From NCBI GenBank assembly GCA_963677495.2, contig CAXXOU010000001.1, positions 160,001 through 224,000 of the forward strand: 64,000 nt of DNA, given 5' to 3'. Under the pieces are notes generated by a model. That model saw nothing but the letters and a program-made list of their open reading frames with translations, did no database searches and was not told the origin of the DNA. The position numbers were made by a program, and so were the translations under genes. Positions 59,215 to 64,000 of this stretch are shown piece after piece. Each line of letters opens with the position of its first letter. Within the stretch, counting starts at the first letter, position 1. Origin of the DNA: Candidatus Cloacimonadales bacterium (GTDB taxonomy: Bacteria > Cloacimonadota > Cloacimonadia > Cloacimonadales > JAFGVF01).

Positions 59215-59622
59215 TTAGTTAGTTGAAAGCGAAATTTTTTCAGCACCAGCTCTTTGAATTCTATCAAGAACAAGTACCATATTATCATATTTCGCGTTTC
59301 TGTCTGTTTTTAGAGAAACAACCATATCAGGGTTCTCTCTAACAGTTTTCTGAACTCTGTCTTCAAGCTGGTCAATGTCAACAATCTCATCGTTTAGGTG
59401 AATCTCACCTTCACCGTCGACAAAAACCTTGGTTAAATTATCTTGTTTAAGTTTCACCTTCTTTGTATCTTCTTTAGAAGCTGCAGGTAAAACTATACCA
59501 AGACCTTTCTTAATATCGAATGTAGTAGTTGAAAGGAAGAACACCAGCAAAAGGAAAGAAATATCTGACATAGAAGCTGTTGGTATTTCAACTTCTGCCT
59601 TCCTTTTACGGTCAAAACTCAT
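59215..59622 (-). CDS. exbD: ExbD/TolR family protein
   Basis: IPTASMSDISFLLLVFFL; KTDRNAKYDNMVLVLD. Confidence 0.88.
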   Translation of the reverse strand: MSFDRKRKAEVEIPTASMSDISFLLLVFFLSTTTFDIKKGLGIVLPAASKEDTKKVKLKQDNLTKVFVDGEGEIHLNDEIVDIDQLEDRVQKTVRENPDMVVSLKTDRNAKYDNMVLVLDRIQRAGAEKISLSTN

Positions 59623-60447
59623 TTATTCCCCCTTCTTTTCGATAAGCTTTTCAACTACTTTTTCTGTTGCACGCTGCATATCAATCACAAGGTTATCAAC
59701 CATACCGGTGAAGATATTGTAGAAGAACTGTACCGGAATAGAGATAGCCAAACCAGCAGCAGAAGTAATAAGAGCGATCTTAATACCACCGGCAACAATA
59801 GTTGGTTCAACTTCACCGGCTTTTTCAATCGCATCGAAAGCAGCAATCATACCAACAAGTGTACCGAAGAAACCGAACATTGGTGCAAGGGTAATAGTTG
59901 TTGATAACTCTGTGAAACCTTTTTCAAGGTAAGACATCTCAATCACACCGGCATTTTCAATAGCTTTTTCTACAGCTTCAAGCCCTCTATCAGCTTTAAG
60001 CAATCCGGCATAAATAACAGCAGCAACTGGACCGCGAGTTTTCTTTGCAAACTCAACTGCATCTTTGTACTGACCTTTTTCGATAAGAGGAAGAATTTTC
60101 TCCAAAAATTCGGAAACGTTTACTTTAGCATAGCTGATAGCAATCATTTTCCAGATAATGTAAGCAAGACCCCAAATTGTTAGGGCAAGAAGTGGCCACA
60201 TTGTGAATCCACCCTTTACAAAGATATCTACGAATCCACTACCAAGAACTTTCTTTGCGAATTCTTGTAATCCACCACCTTGGGTAGCAGCCTCTGTTTC
60301 CATTGCATCGGGTTGTGCAACATCTGCACTTTCCACTTCCTGACTCATTGTAGGATCGGTAGCATCTGCTTGAGCAAAAGCTATACTTGTGAAGGTTAAA
60401 CTCATCACAATAACCATAAGTACGGTTAAGACAAGATTCCTTTTCAT
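59623..60447 (-). CDS. exbB: ExbB/MotA/TolQ proton channel
   Basis: LAPMFGFFGTLVGMIAAF, VAGGIKIALITSAAGL. Confidence 0.9.
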   Translation of the reverse strand: MKRNLVLTVLMVIVMSLTFTSIAFAQADATDPTMSQEVESADVAQPDAMETEAATQGGGLQEFAKKVLGSGFVDIFVKGGFTMWPLLALTIWGLAYIIWKMIAISYAKVNVSEFLEKILPLIEKGQYKDAVEFAKKTRGPVAAVIYAGLLKADRGLEAVEKAIENAGVIEMSYLEKGFTELSTTITLAPMFGFFGTLVGMIAAFDAIEKAGEVEPTIVAGGIKIALITSAAGLAISIPVQFFYNIFTGMVDNLVIDMQRATEKVVEKLIEKKGE

Positions 60448-60473
60448 TCTTCTCTATCCTCCTTAGTATTTAT

Positions 60474-63400
60474 TTAAAAATTAAAGGCTACGCCAACCGT
60501 AACTCTTCTTTCATTATTTTCGTATGATGGGTTGTTTACTACAGATTCACGTACAAACTGATCTTCAGGTACAACATAGCCCTCATTCGTTGTTATAGCG
60601 TCGTTGCTTCCATCCCAGTTTGGATTTCCTGTTTTTGGATATACGTAGCTGATATTATTATATTTGAACAGATTTGAGATATCACAATAAGCTCTGAGTT
60701 TAAATCTCTTTCCAAATGCCCAGCCTTTTGTGATTCTTAAATTTGTATTCATTGTTGGTTCCATTCTCTCACTATTTGTATCAAGTGTTTCATCGTTCTC
60801 TGATACTGGAGTGTAAGGTCTGGCTGTAGTGAAGTTCGCACTGAAGTTAGTTGAGAAATCACTGAATGGTAAAATCCATGATGTACCAGGTATGATAAAT
60901 TCTTCACCACGGTCAATTCTGAAAGTAAGGTTCAACTTCACATCGTGTCTTACATCCCAATCAAGTGGGAATTCACGGTAGTTAGTATTGTAATCTTGTA
61001 TTACTGTAGCTGAGCTATTACCTTCTGCCCATGCTAAACTATAAGCAACTGAACCGGTCCAGAAGTTAGACATAAACTTAGTTAAACTTAAGTCAATACC
61101 TCTAGCACTACCATAGTCCTGAGAGATATACTCATACCAGTAAACCTGTTCCTGATCTTCCTGTGTTTTCTTTTCAGTTGATACATAATTATAGATATTC
61201 TTATAATATGTAGTAACATCAAGTACGTAGTCTTCACTAACCTGGTGAGTAAGACCAACTTCATAAGTCACAGTAATCTGTGGCTCAAGTTTTGGGTTAC
61301 CAACTGTGATACCAGCATTATCATTTGCATCATCAGGAGTTCTACTTGTGAAGATATATGCCATAGGAGGTAACTGGTTTTGGTAGTTGTAAGCAAATCT
61401 CAACACGTCTCTTTCTGAGATAGGATGAGAAACACCTAATCTAGGAGAAAGCATCAACTGATGCAGATCTGACTCATCAAAACCAAGATCATCTACAAAA
61501 TCAACATCTTCATAAGTACCATCATCAAGAAGCTTTTCATAACCTTGGCCAAGATACCAATAGTCAAGACGAAGACCTAAGTTTACGATCATTCCTTCCC
61601 ATTCCATTCTATCTTGTAAGTAGTATGCACCTTGAAGTGGATTTGCTTTATAACCATTACTAACACCTGATCCTGCTTGTGCAGCAGAGTAGTAGTCGTC
61701 TGGTTTATAAACAAAAATGTAGTCATTAGCAACAACGCCTGTTGTATCAATCTGTTCAACATGAGCAAGCTGGTCAGGAATTGAAGCCATATCAGCAGTG
61801 TCATCTAAATCTATATATGAACTTGTATCATAAACATTTTTGAGATAATCTTCCATTCTAGTATTGCTTATAGAAAGGAAACCACCTAATTGATCTTTAT
61901 TAATATCATGCTGTATAAACTCTAAACCGGTTTTAGCTTGATGAATATCATTAATCATATATTCAAAGTCAGCTTTGAAACTTGCAGTTGTAGTTTCATC
62001 ATTTATGAATGTATCAGCAATAGTACCTGGATAAGTATAAGGTATACTTCCGGATGTATCCATACCTGTTAATGGATACTCATAAACCCACTCTTCATAT
62101 GATGGGAAACCGGCCATAATGTTACCGGTCTGTGCAATTGTGTCCCAACCTGCTCCAATATCACCGATAACGTAATTACTGAAAACATCATCTACATATG
62201 CATCAAGTGCTTCCTGATCTACAGTTCCATCAGCATTGTAAATATCAGAGTTATTTGTTGTTTGATAAATATATGAATCTCTATCTACACCTTTAGGTGC
62301 ATAATCTGTAGTTTTATTATAATAACTAGCTTTGATCTTAAGATTCATCTGTGGGTTGAATACTTGGTCAAAGTTAACAACATACTGTCTTTGGTTGACT
62401 TCACTCTGTCCATTATGCTGAAGTGCATATTGATCACCATGACTGTATGAATCGTTTACTTCTCTATCACCACGAACAGCTAAAGTAACTTTTGTTCTTG
62501 GTGTAATCTGATACTTGGTTTTAAAGTTCAGATTATAGCTATTATAATTTCTCTGACCTGTCTCTGTCCAAAGGAAATCTTCTCTGTTTTCATATGGATC
62601 ATATTCATCATAGTCATACTCTAAAAGAGGAGTGCCATTAAGGATGAAGTCATCGTTAGGATCACTTTTCCAGTTATCTTTAAATCTTCCATCAGTCCAT
62701 TGACCACTTCCATTTAAGAAGAAAGTAAGATTATTCCTTAATTTTCCAAATCCATAACCAAGAACCGGACCACCAATAGCAAAACGTAATAAATCAAAGT
62801 TACTGTTTTCATCTATAATAAGATGATCAGTTGAATACTCAATTTTACCACTATAATTTCTGCTACCACTTTTAGTAACAATTGAAACGATACCAGACTG
62901 TGCATTACCAAATTCAGCAGTAAAACCACCGGTCATAACATTCATATCTGCAATAGCATCTGTATCAACAGATAAAGCTGCACCACCGTCAACTGGGTCA
63001 GAAACTGACATACCGTCAACTGAGTAAACTACCTCACCGGTACGTCCACCACGAACACGTACACCATCTCCTGAAACTGAGATACCGGCAATGTTTCCAA
63101 GAATGTCAGAAACATCATCGACAGCCTGTTCACTAAGATTATCAACTTCGATTCTCTTTTGAGAACCAACCTGTTTTGTGTCCACTTTGTCTTTTACGGC
63201 TTTAATTGTTACACCTTCGATTTTCACGGATGATTTAACCAGTTTTGCATTCTGTGTACTAACAGAACCTGCGTTAATTCTAATTCCTTCGATTGTAACA
63301 GTGTGGAAACTCATTTTTGATACACGTGCATCATAAACACCCGGAGGGATGTTAATAATTTTACATGTACCGTTTTTCTTAGTCATTCCACCAATTTGGG

Positions 63401-63557
63401 TGATTGCACCATCTTTAAATAGAACTATGTTCACATAAGATAACGCTTCTCCATCCTCGGTCTTAACTTTAACAGCTAGGGTACCTGTTTCTTGTGCAAC
63501 CAAAGATAAACTTCCAAAAAGCAAAACAAAGAACAATATTGAAGCTATCTTTCGCAT
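60474..63557 (-). CDS. TonB-dependent outer-membrane receptor with N-terminal carboxypeptidase-regulatory-like domain
   Basis: Plug motifs VRGGR..EV.Y.VDG, GGFTAEFGNAQSGIV; barrel SPRLGVSHP, GNPKLEPQ; ends FNF; ATG 63557 best spaced from GGAGG. Confidence 0.9.
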   Translation of the reverse strand: MRKIASILFFVLLFGSLSLVAQETGTLAVKVKTEDGEALSYVNIVLFKDGAITQIGGMTKKNGTCKIINIPPGVYDARVSKMSFHTVTIEGIRINAGSVSTQNAKLVKSSVKIEGVTIKAVKDKVDTKQVGSQKRIEVDNLSEQAVDDVSDILGNIAGISVSGDGVRVRGGRTGEVVYSVDGMSVSDPVDGGAALSVDTDAIADMNVMTGGFTAEFGNAQSGIVSIVTKSGSRNYSGKIEYSTDHLIIDENSNFDLLRFAIGGPVLGYGFGKLRNNLTFFLNGSGQWTDGRFKDNWKSDPNDDFILNGTPLLEYDYDEYDPYENREDFLWTETGQRNYNSYNLNFKTKYQITPRTKVTLAVRGDREVNDSYSHGDQYALQHNGQSEVNQRQYVVNFDQVFNPQMNLKIKASYYNKTTDYAPKGVDRDSYIYQTTNNSDIYNADGTVDQEALDAYVDDVFSNYVIGDIGAGWDTIAQTGNIMAGFPSYEEWVYEYPLTGMDTSGSIPYTYPGTIADTFINDETTTASFKADFEYMINDIHQAKTGLEFIQHDINKDQLGGFLSISNTRMEDYLKNVYDTSSYIDLDDTADMASIPDQLAHVEQIDTTGVVANDYIFVYKPDDYYSAAQAGSGVSNGYKANPLQGAYYLQDRMEWEGMIVNLGLRLDYWYLGQGYEKLLDDGTYEDVDFVDDLGFDESDLHQLMLSPRLGVSHPISERDVLRFAYNYQNQLPPMAYIFTSRTPDDANDNAGITVGNPKLEPQITVTYEVGLTHQVSEDYVLDVTTYYKNIYNYVSTEKKTQEDQEQVYWYEYISQDYGSARGIDLSLTKFMSNFWTGSVAYSLAWAEGNSSATVIQDYNTNYREFPLDWDVRHDVKLNLTFRIDRGEEFIIPGTSWILPFSDFSTNFSANFTTARPYTPVSENDETLDTNSERMEPTMNTNLRITKGWAFGKRFKLRAYCDISNLFKYNNISYVYPKTGNPNWDGSNDAITTNEGYVVPEDQFVRESVVNNPSYENNERRVTVGVAFNF

Positions 63558-63670
63558 CAATTAATCCTCCCTTTCTATTTCACAATATCATTGTTTTCGT
63601 AAAATTATCCATTCTACCAAAAAACGAATGGAATAACTTAAATGTCAATAAATTTTCTGCAAGCACTTGT

Positions 63671-64000
63671 TTATTTACGGAAATTCCAGCTGTCTGTACC
63701 ATATTTACTCTCTGTTAATTCTTCCATTAGCTTTCTCTCATATTCACTGATTCCTGATTCAATTACGAATTCATCTGAACTCCATTGCTCCTGAAATCCT
63801 TGAACTAATTTTTCCGTTACTTCCTCGTAAGAATAATTGTTAATCTGTGCTTGATTAATCGAAATTGTCTTTCTCTGCAAGAATCTGGCCAACTTCTCTT
63901 TCTTCTCCGTTTCCAGTCCGGGTACTAACCATGCAACTTCTGCCTGGTTTTCATGAAGAAGGATTGAGCCATGTTGTAATAGCATATCTCCCTTTCGAAC
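63671..64000 (-). CDS. Lipoate-protein ligase family protein (C-terminal part; runs off window edge)
   Basis: Open to window end (VRKGDMLLQHGSILL...KYGTDSWNFRK), LplA/LipM-like QHGSIL motif and C-terminus. Confidence 0.8.
   Translation of the reverse strand, partial: VRKGDMLLQHGSILLHENQAEVAWLVPGLETEKKEKLARFLQRKTISINQAQINNYSYEEVTEKLVQGFQEQWSSDEFVIESGISEYERKLMEELTESKYGTDSWNFRK

Noticed and set aside
1375..63718. Numerous short ORFs nested in or antisense to long genes
   Set aside because: Shadow ORFs of well-supported CDSs with no independent motifs

Overview
64 kb of low-GC bacterial chromosome, mostly minus-strand genes. Gene content (many secreted proteins ending in a FlgD-like/Por-type 'YPNPFNP' C-terminal domain, several PorV/PorQ-family barrels, a C25 PorU-like protein, lpxK, divIVA, archaeal-type ProRS) suggests a diderm FCB-related lineage such as Cloacimonadota (inference, not verified). 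Housekeeping genes (purD, proS, lpxK, lspA, tdk, PNP, DksA-like, LemA, SNF2) are interspersed with a rich T9SS-like secretome: three PorV-like barrels, each directly downstream of a protein with a variant CTD; a TonB-dependent receptor-ExbB-ExbD-ExbD-TonB-CTD protein-PorV-CTD protein operon; and a three-gene cohesin/dockerin-bearing surface protein cluster. The non-coding DNA is unusually structured: a 4 x 224-bp tandem array made of REP-like hairpins and interrupted by an intact IS21-family element (7-bp TSD); five intergenic foldback tracts built from 11-bp-period repeats; and a composite element (four 14-bp boxes plus an inverted DnaA-box pair) present twice in opposite orientation. No rRNA, tRNA or CRISPR array was found by eye. 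All calls come from reading the sequence; no database searches were run.
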